The notes below the pieces were generated by a model. The model was not told where the DNA came from, made no database searches, and was given only the letters and a program-made list of their open reading frames with translations. A DNA stretch of 64,000 nucleotides from Patescibacteria group bacterium (GTDB lineage: Bacteria; Patescibacteriota; Patescibacteriia; Buchananbacterales; UBA6539): the NCBI GenBank assembly GCA_041649675.1, contig JBAZMQ010000002.1, positions 1,920 to 65,919 on the forward strand, given 5' to 3'. Below, in pieces: positions 22,230 to 33,364 of the stretch. Every line of letters begins with the position of its first letter. Position 1 is the first letter of the stretch. The position numbers and the translations under genes were made by a program.

Positions 22230-25211
22230 TTACTTGTTCTGATGATTCTTTTTACTTTTTAACGGCAAAATAAAATAAAAGGTTGTACCTTTGTTTTGTT
22301 TTGATTCAAACCAAATTTTACCGCCATGGGCATCCACGATACTTTTGGCTATATAAAGGCCCAAACCCGTGCCGTCAGTTGATATGGTAGCAATATTATC
22401 GGCTCTAAAAAATTTCTGAAAAACTCTACCTTTTTGATGTTGAGGGATGCCAAAACCAAAATCTTTAACAAAAAATTCTACCTTATCATTCAAACACTTA
22501 AGGCCAATAATAATTTTTTTATTCTGACTAGAATATTTAATTGAATTATTTATTAAATTAGAAAAAACTTGATAAATTTTATCCTGATCAAAACTAAAAA
22601 TTAGTTTGGCCGGACAAGATTTATCTAATTCTATATTTATATTTTTTACCGGTGAATTAATTTTTTGATCTTCTATCACCTTATTTATCAAAGCAATAAT
22701 ATCCTGTCGCTGTTTTTCAATAAAAAACTTTTGGCCGGTTTCAATATGGGAAACGTCAAGCAAATCATTAACCAAACGAATCATTCGTTCATTACTATCA
22801 TAGATCTGCCGGATAAAATCAATTTGTTTTTCGGTCAATTTTCCCACCTTCTGATCAACTAATAATTGACTAAACCACTTAATACCAGTTAAGGGACCGC
22901 GCAACTGATGACTAGCTACAGAAATAAATTCCGATTTCGCTCGGTCAATTTCCCTTGCCTTACTCACATCTCTGATAATTGCCATGTCCGCCGGGCGACC
23001 TTCGTAATCAATTATAGAACTATTAGTTTCCACAAATAGAAGCTGACCGTCTTTTTTGACTATCTGAAATTCATAACGCTTAGGGGCTGGCAATCCCCTC
23101 ATGCGTCGACTGTATTGTTCGGCTACATATTTTTTGTATTTGGGGCCAATAAACTCTAGCATTGACTTATTCAAAAAATCCGCAGGGGAAAAACCAACCA
23201 TATCTTGCATTGTCTTGTTGGCAAATTTAATCAAACCGTCCTGGATCACCAAAACCCCGTCGCTGGATTGTTCAATAAAAGTACTATATTTTTCTTCTGA
23301 CTTTCTAATTGTCTCTTCCCATTGATGGTGCTCAGTAACATCTTCAATAATTGTCAAAAAGTAAAGCGGCTTATGTTCAAAGTCTTTAACTAGGGTAACA
23401 TTGATCCGACCAAAAATAACTGCTTTATCCTTTCTGACATAGCGTTTATCAGCATTGTAAACGTCAATCTCTCCTCTGAGCAATCGTTTAGTTTGTATAA
23501 CATCCCTTTGAACTTCGGCTGGATGGGTAATATCAACGAAAGTCATTTTCTTTAGCTCTGCTTCAGAATACCCCCATAATTTAACAGCGGCAAGATTAGC
23601 ACTAACAAAATAATTATCCAAACCGACTAAAACAATGGCAATCGGACTGTTTTCAAAAATGGCTCGGAAGCGGGCTTCGTTATTTATCACTTTCGTTTCT
23701 GCATCATGGCGCGCGGTGATATCACGGATATTACACTGAATAACTTCTGCGTGATCAATAAGGTAAACATTGCTAACAAATTCTACGCTAATAGGCCGGC
23801 CAGCTTTAGTCCGTAAAGGCAAATTTTCGTAATGGATATATTTCTTTCGTTTTAAAACCTCAAATGCTTTTTTAGAATTAACAATATCTTTGAATAAACC
23901 GATCTGCCATAATTTCTTTTGCAAAAATTCCTTGTGGTTATAACCTAACATCTCAATTAAATACGGGTTAACTTCCCTTATTTCCCCGGTTTTGGCGTCA
24001 AGGATCAAAATACCGTCTTTAGCCGCTTCAAACAAACGACGATATTTTTGTTCGGATAAAACCAACCCGTCTCGTGCTTTTTGATATTCGGTGATATCAC
24101 GGAAACGCCAGACTCGACCGACAATTTTATTATCAATCTTTTGGGGGACAGACAGCCTCTCAAAAACTTGACCGTCTTTAAGATTTATTTGGTCAAAAGA
24201 ACTTAAAGAAGCGTGCTGGTAAAGATAATTAACTTTAGCTAAAAATTCCTTAGGATCGGCCAGCTGGCCAACAACATAAGCCAATAATTTTTTGTCGTCT
24301 TTTAAACGAATTAGTTTATTAGGAATTTTCCACAAATCCAAAAACCGATTATTATAAAAAACGACTTGACCCTGCCGGGCAATCACTAAGATGCCCTCTG
24401 ACGAGGTTGAGGTAATGGAGTTTAGCAACGATGTTTCTTTTTTTATTTCTGCTTCGGCAATATACCTTTCAGAAATATCACGCGACAAACCCATAACGCT
24501 CTGGACTCGGCCTCCCCGATCCTTTATCGGCGTTAATTGGGTTGAAAGCCAGGTAGGTCCAGAAGGAAAAATAGATAAATTTTCAAGATACATTGATTGG
24601 CCGGTCTTAAAAACCTTATTCAAATTTTTCTTTTGACGACTAGCAGTGTTTGACGGAAATAAATTTTTAATATTCTTACCAACCAGCTCTGACGGGTTGG
24701 CTTTGAATTGCTTAGCACCAAATTTATTAACATAAATCACCGTGCCGGTTTTGTCGACAACGTAAATATTATCTTGAGCAAGTTCGGATAGGGTTTTGTA
24801 ATGCAATTCAGCGGCAGTTTGTTGACTAAGATCCCGAAAAAGACCCAGTAAATAGATTTTATCATCTAACTTTATCCTACTGACATTTAGAGAAATTGGT
24901 TTTATTTTTTTATTCCGTGTCATAATTTCGGTTTCAATCGTACCTTTAAGTTTATTTTTTACTAAACACCGAAAAAGATTCATTATTTTTTTGGTTTGAC
25001 TGGCAGGGTGAAGCTGACGGATCGATAATTTTAAAAATTCCTTTTTCGAGTACCCAAAAAAACGACTGGCGGTTTGATTAATATCGGCCACTCGGCCAGA
25101 TAAATCAACCAATACAGCTGAATCAGCAATGTTTTCAAATAAAATCTGATATTTTTTACCATATTTTAATAATGGCTGTTTACCAATATTTTTTGTATTT
25201 TTCCCCTCCAT
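22230..25211 (-). CDS. Cytoplasmic multi-PAS sensor histidine kinase
   Basis: About six PAS/PAC repeats; ASHQLRGPL H-box; NSIKYS, DFGFGI, GTGLGL. Confidence 0.95.
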   Translation of the reverse strand: MEGKNTKNIGKQPLLKYGKKYQILFENIADSAVLVDLSGRVADINQTASRFFGYSKKEFLKLSIRQLHPASQTKKIMNLFRCLVKNKLKGTIETEIMTRNKKIKPISLNVSRIKLDDKIYLLGLFRDLSQQTAAELHYKTLSELAQDNIYVVDKTGTVIYVNKFGAKQFKANPSELVGKNIKNLFPSNTASRQKKNLNKVFKTGQSMYLENLSIFPSGPTWLSTQLTPIKDRGGRVQSVMGLSRDISERYIAEAEIKKETSLLNSITSTSSEGILVIARQGQVVFYNNRFLDLWKIPNKLIRLKDDKKLLAYVVGQLADPKEFLAKVNYLYQHASLSSFDQINLKDGQVFERLSVPQKIDNKIVGRVWRFRDITEYQKARDGLVLSEQKYRRLFEAAKDGILILDAKTGEIREVNPYLIEMLGYNHKEFLQKKLWQIGLFKDIVNSKKAFEVLKRKKYIHYENLPLRTKAGRPISVEFVSNVYLIDHAEVIQCNIRDITARHDAETKVINNEARFRAIFENSPIAIVLVGLDNYFVSANLAAVKLWGYSEAELKKMTFVDITHPAEVQRDVIQTKRLLRGEIDVYNADKRYVRKDKAVIFGRINVTLVKDFEHKPLYFLTIIEDVTEHHQWEETIRKSEEKYSTFIEQSSDGVLVIQDGLIKFANKTMQDMVGFSPADFLNKSMLEFIGPKYKKYVAEQYSRRMRGLPAPKRYEFQIVKKDGQLLFVETNSSIIDYEGRPADMAIIRDVSKAREIDRAKSEFISVASHQLRGPLTGIKWFSQLLVDQKVGKLTEKQIDFIRQIYDSNERMIRLVNDLLDVSHIETGQKFFIEKQRQDIIALINKVIEDQKINSPVKNINIELDKSCPAKLIFSFDQDKIYQVFSNLINNSIKYSSQNKKIIIGLKCLNDKVEFFVKDFGFGIPQHQKGRVFQKFFRADNIATISTDGTGLGLYIAKSIVDAHGGKIWFESKQNKGTTFYFILPLKSKKNHQNK

Positions 25212-25218
25212 AAAATTA

Positions 25219-28200
25219 TTATATTACCTTAACGGCTACTGGTTTTCTAATTCGATAAAGCCAAAAGGTGGTTAGCAACAAAACAATTAAAGTTGCTAAT
25301 GTAGTTTGCCAATTCAAATATTTAAAAATCATTGCCCAAACATTTCTTTTAACCACGAAGCTGCTAATGGCACTTGGCTGGCTCTTGACCTTAGCATTGG
25401 TGTTGACAGCAACCGCAAAAATAGTGTGTTGGCCAGGTGCCAATTCTACTGCGGATTGCGAATGATTAATTCGCCAGACACCATTACTGTCAGTACGTGT
25501 ACGATAGATTAAAGCCTGATCAGAATGGACGTACACAATAACATCTTGATTGGGCAAAGCGGTACCGGTAAAACTAAAAACGTCATTTGCCGCTGAAACA
25601 CTGACGCCAGCTACTTTTGGTACCGGAATACCTGGTAATTCTACTGCCTCAATATTTTCACGCACAAGCGAAGATGGCAAAACCGGTGTTGGGGTGGATG
25701 CGGGTGCGGTTTGAGGAACCGTTAATGCCGGGCGTGGAGTAATTTTAGCCAAAACCAAATTTATCTGAGGACTAATATTTCCAGCGGCATCAGTAGCAGT
25801 AAAGGTAAAAGTGTGTGATCCGTCTTTTAAGGCAAAACTATTAGGTAAGCCAAAACGCCAACTACCATTTGAGTCAGCCGTTACAGTAAATTTATTTTTA
25901 TTGTCCAAAACTATTTCCACTTGGAAAAACGGCTCTGATACACCAACTAACACTGGCACAGCCGTAGTAATGCTACTGTTATTTTGGGGACTCAGAACTA
26001 TTGGTGCTAGCGGAACAGAAGTAATAATATTTAAACTAACCGGGTCAGACGACTCACTGGTATTATTGGAAAAATCCACTGCCTTAACCGTTAAAATATG
26101 TTCACCAACAGTAAAAATGAAAACTTGGCTAAATTCCCCATCATTATTGGCCACGCTGTTAAATCGTTTCACTAAAACATTATTATCATACAAATCCACG
26201 CGCGCACCAGGCTCGGCTAAACCAGAAATTAAGACTTCGGTATATTTGGTTGGGCTGAGTGGTTGGGTCAGAATTGGTTTACTGGGAGCGATAATATCAG
26301 GGGGCACCGCCGCACCACCGCCGATAATTGGCAAACTAACTGGCACCGGCGCTGGTTCAATAGGTGTAGTTGATTCAGTGAATACCGCTTTTAAAGTATG
26401 GGTTGCATTCATAGATAAAATCAACGGATTAATACTACCGCTAGCTAATCCGTCCAAAATCCAATGATCAAATAGCCAACTAGCAAAAGCAGTCGCCGTT
26501 ATTTGTACATTCGTTCCTTGATTGTAGGTATGAGTACCAACTGCCGGATCAACTGAGCCGGATCCTTCAGGAGCTTCTATCTCCAAAGGAAAAGTCACTA
26601 AAATAGGCGCGGTAAAAACATTTAAATCAGCCACTGTTGTCTCGTTGCCATAATCATCTACTGCCCAAATTTTTACAAAATAATCAGCAGTTAAATTAAT
26701 ACCGGTAATAACCGTAGAAACGGCATTAGCATTACTTAACAATGCATCCTGATCTACACTCCATTTTGCGGCCGTACCTAAACGGTTAATCACATCATTT
26801 TGCACCGCCCCATGCCATAATTCATAATGTTTAAAATGGGCATCAGTTACACCAGCTGACCAATCCAAAGTAACCGAATCATTAGTGTTGGCAAATTTGT
26901 TTAAAGATAATAATCCTAACGGCGATGCGGTATCAACCGAAAAATCTGCAGATTCATAATAGGGGCTAACAGTGCCGGTGCTATCAATACCGCTTAACCG
27001 AACGCGCATATTAGCTCTTTCTTCGTTGTTAAAATCCGCCGCCGCATCCCAAGTAACGGTTCGGTTATTGCCAGCCAAAACACCGACTCCCACCGCTCCG
27101 GACAAAGTAGTTGTCGCTACATCCCAAGTAATTCCCCCATCAGCCGAAATATCTAAGCTAATGTCAGCCGCCTTATTCAAATCGTAATTTATTGTCACAG
27201 TTTTGGCCAAAGAGTTTTGCTCGGCAGTAATATTAACAATAGACAGTACTTTGGAATTAATGGCAAAATCAGAAGATGCCGAGAAACTACCTAAATTTCC
27301 AAAATAATCAAGAGCTTGAATGCGCACTTGCATCGTTGATAATTCCTGATTCGGAAAATCAGTCGCCACGTTCCAAGCAAATGATTTGGCACCGGTAGTA
27401 ATACCACTGCCAATATCACCACTAGCGGTAGTTGTCGCTACATCCCAAGTCGCACCGCTGTCAGAAGAAATTTCAAACATAACAGCAGAAGAACTTAAAT
27501 CAGATAAATTATAATTAACTGTTACCAATGCCGACCCGCTGGACTGGAAAGCAATAACATCGCTCACTACCGGTTTTTTAGTATCAATTACAAACTCATT
27601 AGATTCAACTCCGGTCCCCTCATTACCATAGCTATCAGTGGCAACAATTTTTACCTTCATAGTATTCTTTTCTTCATCAGGCAAATCAGCGCCAACATTC
27701 CAAGTAATACTGCGGCCAACGCCAGCCGTAACACCATTACCAACATTGCCGCTCACGCTTGGAGCGGAAACACTATAAGTCGCGCCGCTGTTGTCGGAAA
27801 CTGAAAGTACAACAACATTATTGGCACCGGCGCCATCGGCTAAATCATAAGTAATTACAACGCTATTTGTTAAAGGAGTCTGCCCAACTTGCAAATTGGA
27901 AATCAGTGGACCAGCGGTATTCACAATAAAAGCCGAGGAAACAGCAATATTACTGTTAGTAACAGAGTCATTTGATTGTAAACGCACGTAAACTGATGAA
28001 TCCTCAACACCCGGCAAATCGGCTCCCACATCCCAAGTAAAAACTAAACTGGCGCCGCCATTAGAAAATGCTAAAGCAGCTACGCCATCACCACCCTTTC
28101 CGAGTTTTTCAGTCATGATTTGCCAATCTGTACCATTAGTAGAATATTCATATTTGACCAGATTATTAGGTTGATTCCGATAATCAACCCCCGTATAATT

Positions 28201-31095
28201 AATCGTTACGTACTTTGTGCCGTTGGTAGTCTGGGCGGCAGAATTAATGGTAATACTTGGTGATTGATAATCAGATGAAGCACTGCTGCTGAATTCGCTT
28301 TCACTTGTAGCCGCGTAGTTAGTATCACTGGTATTCCTTGATTTGACTTGAAAAATATATTGATTAAGCGGTTGAGACAAACCGGTCACTACTACCGTAC
28401 CCACGGGTTGCCAATACGGGCTATCATTAAGAGTGCCATTACCTTGCACATATTTACCTTGAGTACTTTCAAAAAGTACATACTCTAAACCATCGGCTTC
28501 TTCCGGATGCTTATCAATTGTCACGCTTAAAGAAGTTTCTGCCGGCTCGCCAACAGTTGGCGCTGGCGGCGTATACGGCTTAACATATTTGTAAGATACA
28601 GTTGGTGATAAATTTTCATTAACCGTTAAATGACCAAAATCATCAGTATGTTCTATCTTTACTGCCGAAATATAATCATTACCTCTGAGAGTCAAGTCAA
28701 GTGGCACACTCAGATCGGAAGGAGTAGCCGTATCAGTATCCCCTAGCCCGGCCGAACCATAACTCCCGCCGTTAATGGCTACATAAAAATTGTTAGTGTT
28801 GGGGTTATTTTCGGTAAAACTGCCGCCCACCAACACTGCCGTAGCGCCAGCGTTGGGCTGAGCTAATAAATCAGCTTGCGTAGCAACTATCGGCGCTTTG
28901 TTATCTAAACTAAAATTAACTGAACTGCTATATTCGCTTTGATTTTGATATTTATCTTTAGCTCGGATTTTTACTCTCATGCCATTCTCTTCATGATTAG
29001 AAAAATCCACATCGGAATGCCAAGTAATTGTTTTGCCATTGCCACTTGTCACTGAAACACCAATGTCCCCTACAACCGAAGCAGTTAGTACGTCCCAAGT
29101 GGCTCCTCCGTCAGCCGAAATTTGTAATTCCACCAAAATGTTATCCGCCGTATTATCAAATAAATCATAACTAATTTGCACATCAGCACTGCCGGGAGTT
29201 TGCCCGGCCGTTAAATTGGAAACTGCAGGTAAAGCATAATCTAAGGTAAGCGCCGTAGAAGTTGTATAACCGCTATCAGCTATACCATCACTAGCCCGTA
29301 AACGGACATAAACATTACTAGCATAAACATTACCAAGATCAGTTTTAGCATCCCATACAAACGCATGAGCCGTACCGCCGGCCGAGCTGCTTAGCCCTGT
29401 TACCCCGCTGTGAGCCGGATCACTGGCCGCTGTCATAAACGCCTGTTCGCCATTAAATTCACCAGTCAAAGAATATTCATAATTTACTAAACTGCACGGA
29501 TCATTATTACTGTCTTGTAAATTATAATTTATCTGGACATAACCGGAAGAAGTATTTTGTGTCGCACTTAAATTTTGCACGATAGGTACAAAATTTTGAG
29601 TGTAGCCAATAGCCACATTATCTAAAATAACCTGCTGCGAACTACTACCAGCTAAAAACGCTTTCCATTTTATTTTGCCCGTACTGACGGGGAATGAAGT
29701 GATGTTAGCATTAATTACAGAAGCAATATTTGAGTCAGTGGAAGTGGCAGCATTCGCCCAGACCAAACCGTTCCAATATTGCCAAGTTACGCCATCGTCA
29801 GCGGAAAGCTGATAATAAATTTGTCCACCATTTTTAGTTGCAATTTCGGTAAATGAATTCCAACCAGTAACACCGGTAGGAGCAAGAGCACTAACAGGAA
29901 AAATGGCTGGCCAATCTGTTGGATAAACCGGCACGGTATTCCAAGTACAACCGCCTTGTGCAGCACAGGTTGGCGAGCTAATAAAAGTATTACAAGCCGT
30001 AGCCGTACCCGAGCAGGAATTTGATTTAGACCAATTTAAAGACACATTATCCCAACCAACAGTATTATTCTTATTGGGAGGATTACCGGCAGTTTTAATA
30101 CGTCTGGCGACTAATTTTATATAATAAGGGCCGGCAACGGTTAATTTAGAAGCGACATTTATGTTAGAAACAGTAGCCCAAGCGGTAGTGCCAGAAATTG
30201 TTTGAGACCAAACCTCATCACCAATAACCGGCGCACCGGAAAAATTATCTACAAAAACATAAATAATATAGCTGGTTAAAAATGTACCCTCATAACTTTT
30301 GATACTCCAATCAAAACTAATTGTCGCTGTCTGAGGATTGGCCGCGGTGGTGGTAAAACTTTGTTGCCAATAGCCAGAGGCCGCACCAGCGGCATTAACA
30401 CGGCTAAGCGCAATACTCTTATAATTTGTCGGGTTACCGCCGGTAGTTGGGCTACTGCCGCTAGCCCTAGCTCCATCCTCCCAGTCAGCATAGGTGCCCC
30501 AGGTAGTTGACCAAGCAGGAGAAGAGCCTGACGCCGCTCCGCCCCAGGTACAACCAGCCTGCGCCGCACAAGTTGGCGAAGTAACAAAAGTGTTACAAAC
30601 TGTCGCTGTGCCACTGCAAGAGCCACCCGTACCCTGATCTTTTAACTTTGCCACCCCGCTAGTGACTTCAATTTTACTGCTATCATAGCTGTAATCAGTC
30701 GGCGTGCTAAAAGTCCAATCTTGAGTAGCGGCCAAAAGTGGCTGCACCCCAAGTAAATAAAGGGAAACAATGCCAATAAACAAAGCCTTAAATAAAAAAA
30801 TCCCCCCGGCCGTAAAAAAAGTGGTCAAACTGATTTTTCTTCTCACTATGTAGCTTTGGAATTGGGGTTTATCTTTGATTGCTTTAGGAAAAATAAAACC
30901 TTCTTCTTGGACTTTTGCCGGCGGTACCAAAATATAGATTGGCAAAGACACAATAATAAATCCTAATTCTGAAACGATTAATAAAGCCGCATAAGGTATA
31001 GCAATCAACCAATTATTGGCCAAAACTATCTTTTGTTTTAAGGTAAAAGTATAGCCAGAGAAACGAAAAAATAAATTTAACCAGTTAGCTGACAT
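25219..31095 (-). CDS. Giant membrane-anchored Ig-like repeat protein (start MSANWL)
   Basis: N-terminal TM region, two Cys-rich repeats, SADGGATW repeats, Big-type repeats, C-terminal TM. Confidence 0.85.
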   Translation of the reverse strand: MSANWLNLFFRFSGYTFTLKQKIVLANNWLIAIPYAALLIVSELGFIIVSLPIYILVPPAKVQEEGFIFPKAIKDKPQFQSYIVRRKISLTTFFTAGGIFLFKALFIGIVSLYLLGVQPLLAATQDWTFSTPTDYSYDSSKIEVTSGVAKLKDQGTGGSCSGTATVCNTFVTSPTCAAQAGCTWGGAASGSSPAWSTTWGTYADWEDGARASGSSPTTGGNPTNYKSIALSRVNAAGAASGYWQQSFTTTAANPQTATISFDWSIKSYEGTFLTSYIIYVFVDNFSGAPVIGDEVWSQTISGTTAWATVSNINVASKLTVAGPYYIKLVARRIKTAGNPPNKNNTVGWDNVSLNWSKSNSCSGTATACNTFISSPTCAAQGGCTWNTVPVYPTDWPAIFPVSALAPTGVTGWNSFTEIATKNGGQIYYQLSADDGVTWQYWNGLVWANAATSTDSNIASVINANITSFPVSTGKIKWKAFLAGSSSQQVILDNVAIGYTQNFVPIVQNLSATQNTSSGYVQINYNLQDSNNDPCSLVNYEYSLTGEFNGEQAFMTAASDPAHSGVTGLSSSAGGTAHAFVWDAKTDLGNVYASNVYVRLRASDGIADSGYTTSTALTLDYALPAVSNLTAGQTPGSADVQISYDLFDNTADNILVELQISADGGATWDVLTASVVGDIGVSVTSGNGKTITWHSDVDFSNHEENGMRVKIRAKDKYQNQSEYSSSVNFSLDNKAPIVATQADLLAQPNAGATAVLVGGSFTENNPNTNNFYVAINGGSYGSAGLGDTDTATPSDLSVPLDLTLRGNDYISAVKIEHTDDFGHLTVNENLSPTVSYKYVKPYTPPAPTVGEPAETSLSVTIDKHPEEADGLEYVLFESTQGKYVQGNGTLNDSPYWQPVGTVVVTGLSQPLNQYIFQVKSRNTSDTNYAATSESEFSSSASSDYQSPSITINSAAQTTNGTKYVTINYTGVDYRNQPNNLVKYEYSTNGTDWQIMTEKLGKGGDGVAALAFSNGGASLVFTWDVGADLPGVEDSSVYVRLQSNDSVTNSNIAVSSAFIVNTAGPLISNLQVGQTPLTNSVVITYDLADGAGANNVVVLSVSDNSGATYSVSAPSVSGNVGNGVTAGVGRSITWNVGADLPDEEKNTMKVKIVATDSYGNEGTGVESNEFVIDTKKPVVSDVIAFQSSGSALVTVNYNLSDLSSSAVMFEISSDSGATWDVATTTASGDIGSGITTGAKSFAWNVATDFPNQELSTMQVRIQALDYFGNLGSFSASSDFAINSKVLSIVNITAEQNSLAKTVTINYDLNKAADISLDISADGGITWDVATTTLSGAVGVGVLAGNNRTVTWDAAADFNNEERANMRVRLSGIDSTGTVSPYYESADFSVDTASPLGLLSLNKFANTNDSVTLDWSAGVTDAHFKHYELWHGAVQNDVINRLGTAAKWSVDQDALLSNANAVSTVITGINLTADYFVKIWAVDDYGNETTVADLNVFTAPILVTFPLEIEAPEGSGSVDPAVGTHTYNQGTNVQITATAFASWLFDHWILDGLASGSINPLILSMNATHTLKAVFTESTTPIEPAPVPVSLPIIGGGAAVPPDIIAPSKPILTQPLSPTKYTEVLISGLAEPGARVDLYDNNVLVKRFNSVANNDGEFSQVFIFTVGEHILTVKAVDFSNNTSESSDPVSLNIITSVPLAPIVLSPQNNSSITTAVPVLVGVSEPFFQVEIVLDNKNKFTVTADSNGSWRFGLPNSFALKDGSHTFTFTATDAAGNISPQINLVLAKITPRPALTVPQTAPASTPTPVLPSSLVRENIEAVELPGIPVPKVAGVSVSAANDVFSFTGTALPNQDVIVYVHSDQALIYRTRTDSNGVWRINHSQSAVELAPGQHTIFAVAVNTNAKVKSQPSAISSFVVKRNVWAMIFKYLNWQTTLATLIVLLLTTFWLYRIRKPVAVKVI

Positions 31096-31100
31096 ATAGT

Positions 31101-31922
31101 TTAGATTACTAAAAATATTAAAAATACTCCAAAGAAAATAATAATTACCACTGCCCAATTGGCCAAAGAATCAATATTTTTTATTAAGTAGTCAAACCAA
31201 GAAGAAGTAACTTTAAAAAATTGTTCCGGTGCGGGCTCACTTCTAACACCTAATTTTGGGTCATAACCAAAAATTACAACCGAATGATTGCCCTCACTTA
31301 ATTTAAAATTATTCTGTTGATGGTTAACTTGCCAATCACCGTTCTTGTCAACGTCAGCGGTATAAATCGCCGTGGAAATATCAGACAACAATAAAACAAC
31401 CTGAGAATTAGGTTGTCCTTTACCTAAAAAAATATAATCTCCTCCCTTAACTTTCCGGACTTCAAAAAGTCCAGGCTTTAGCATTGTGCTAACAACACGG
31501 GCAGTTTGAATACCAGTTTCAGCCGCCACCAAATTTTTGCTTAAAATATCAACCGGTTGCAAATCCGAAACCGAATAAAGCTGTAATGGTCCATAGACTA
31601 CTGGAAAAAATAAAATTAATAATAATTTAACTGCCCAAATCAAAGCAATCACTCCGACTCCAGATACCGTCAAAATTCGGCGTAAATTATAATCAAAATT
31701 AACCTTGGCATAGCTGCCTTTCTCAGTAAAATAAGCAACAACTTTCTCCGGTTTCAGGGTCAAATAAAGAGGCAAAGAAACAAACCCCAAAGCTATCTCC
31801 AAAGCAATTAAAGCAATGACATTAGTTATTGCCGCTAGCCCAATTTGCCCAATAACGAGCTGCTTTCGGCTATAGACACGGTTAGTCAAAAGCAAAACCA
31901 AGTTTAGCCATTTATTTTTCAT
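31101..31922 (-). CDS. Membrane protein, short paralog of the downstream giant protein
   Basis: Shares N-terminal LGFxxSLPxY..RRxxT region and C-terminal Ig + TM region. Confidence 0.8.
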   Translation of the reverse strand: MKNKWLNLVLLLTNRVYSRKQLVIGQIGLAAITNVIALIALEIALGFVSLPLYLTLKPEKVVAYFTEKGSYAKVNFDYNLRRILTVSGVGVIALIWAVKLLLILFFPVVYGPLQLYSVSDLQPVDILSKNLVAAETGIQTARVVSTMLKPGLFEVRKVKGGDYIFLGKGQPNSQVVLLLSDISTAIYTADVDKNGDWQVNHQQNNFKLSEGNHSVVIFGYDPKLGVRSEPAPEQFFKVTSSWFDYLIKNIDSLANWAVVIIIFFGVFLIFLVI

Positions 31923-31968
31923 TTGATTTTAATTAAAAATTATAAAATCAAAATGCCAATAAGTTATA

Positions 31969-32352
31969 TCAAATTTTTAATGTTTTAGCAATTATGTCTC
32001 TTAATTTCACTAAATCAGTATTGGATTTAACAAAATAATCAAGAGCGCCCAACCCTTTGGCTTTGGCAATATTATCAGAATCACCTAGGTTTGATAAAAC
32101 AATGACCGGAATACTTTTAAGAGCAGGATTGGCTTTAATATACTTTAAAAAATCAAAACCATTCATCTTGGGCAACAACAGATCCAAAAGGATAATGTCT
32201 GGTTTTATTCTTTCAGCCATTTTAAGGGCAGTATCACCGTCCGAAGCAGTAGCGATTGTATAATCACTCTTATGAAAAGCTAAATATAGAGCCCGAAGTA
32301 ACACTTCATCATCTTCGACAATCAATATGATTATTTTTTTGGTTGCCGTCAT
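31969..32352 (-). CDS. Single-domain response regulator
   Basis: VEDD, LLDLLLPKMNG, YFVK. Confidence 0.93.
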   Translation of the reverse strand: MTATKKIIILIVEDDEVLLRALYLAFHKSDYTIATASDGDTALKMAERIKPDIILLDLLLPKMNGFDFLKYIKANPALKSIPVIVLSNLGDSDNIAKAKGLGALDYFVKSNTDLVKLRDIIAKTLKI

Positions 32353-32353
32353 G

Positions 32354-32755
32354 CTATTGCTTTAATTTATCTTTAACATACTGAACAATAACATCCATTT
32401 TAGTATTGGCTTTTAAAAAATATTGATCAGCTCCTAAAGCCCTAACCGACTTGATATCGCTGGCCTGATCTAAATTAGAAATAACGGCAACTGGTATATT
32501 TTTGGTTTTTGCTTCTTCTTTAAGTTGTTTAAGCACTGTAAAACCATCAATACCGGGCAAAACCAAATCCAATAAAATAATATTGGGTAAAAATCGGACC
32601 GCTTCGTCTAAAACTTTTGAACCATCACCAACTACCGAAACTTCAAATTTTGTCACTTTTAACCTTTCAGCCAAAACTCTTGCCAACATTGCATCATCTT
32701 CCACGACCAAAACTTTATTAGCCACCTTTTTTTTGTTAAATAAACCTTTTAACAT
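32354..32755 (-). CDS. Single-domain response regulator
   Basis: VEDD, LLDLVLPGIDG, YFLK. Confidence 0.93.
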   Translation of the reverse strand: MLKGLFNKKKVANKVLVVEDDAMLARVLAERLKVTKFEVSVVGDGSKVLDEAVRFLPNIILLDLVLPGIDGFTVLKQLKEEAKTKNIPVAVISNLDQASDIKSVRALGADQYFLKANTKMDVIVQYVKDKLKQ

Positions 32756-33035
32756 AAATTTATTACATTTTATCTAAAGATCTTATATCTTAATCTACCA
32801 ATAATTAGATTTTACAATTATATCATAATTTAGCAAAAAAACACAAAAACAGAAATAAAATAAAAATTGCTGGTTTAAGGCATTTTTTTTAGTAATAATG
32901 ACAAAATTTGCCTTAAATAAGTAACATTTATATTATACCACAAAAAAACACCTTTTAAAAAGATGTTTTAGTCGTCCCCCCATCTTTGCTTAGAATACAG
33001 CTAGCAAAAACACACCAATCCCTTTAGAGAATTCA

Positions 33036-33133
33036 GTCGGGCCGGCGGGATTTGTTCCGATGTAAAATCGGAATCCCGACTTCACGTCGGGAAACTCCCG
33101 CCTTCGCTGTGCGCTACGGCGGGCAAGCCTGCA
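33036..33133 (-). repeat. tRNA-like 3' fragment interrupted by stacked palindromic elements
   Basis: Minus strand CAAATCCCGCCGGCCCGAC resembles a tRNA 3' end; adjacent palindromes TTCCGAT..ATCGGAA, TCCCGAC..GTCGGGA, CCCGCC..GGCGGG. Confidence 0.5.
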
Positions 33134-33148
33134 CTATAATAAAAAATT

Positions 33149-33224
33149 TGGTCGGGGTAGTGGGATTTGAACCCACGGCCTCACGCACCCCATGCGTGCA
33201 CGCTACCAACTGCGCTATACCCCG
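33149..33224 (-). tRNA. tRNA-Pro (GGG)
   Basis: CGGGGTA/TACCCCG acceptor stem, anticodon arm CACGC-ATGGGGT-GCGTG, TTCAAAT loop, encoded CCA. Confidence 0.96.
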
Positions 33225-33364
33225 ACCAAATTTTCTAAGATTTTTTATAGTACACCTTTACCCGCCAAAGCTTTAGCGGAGCGAGAGCGTAGGCGGGCCC
33301 GTATATTCTATCTTATCGTTAAAAAAACAAACCTGCAAGATCTCAGGTTTCCAGAAAAATTACG

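Noticed and set aside
25811-26467. 218-aa plus-strand ORF
   Set aside because: Antisense to the giant Ig-repeat gene; a codon-bias artefact.
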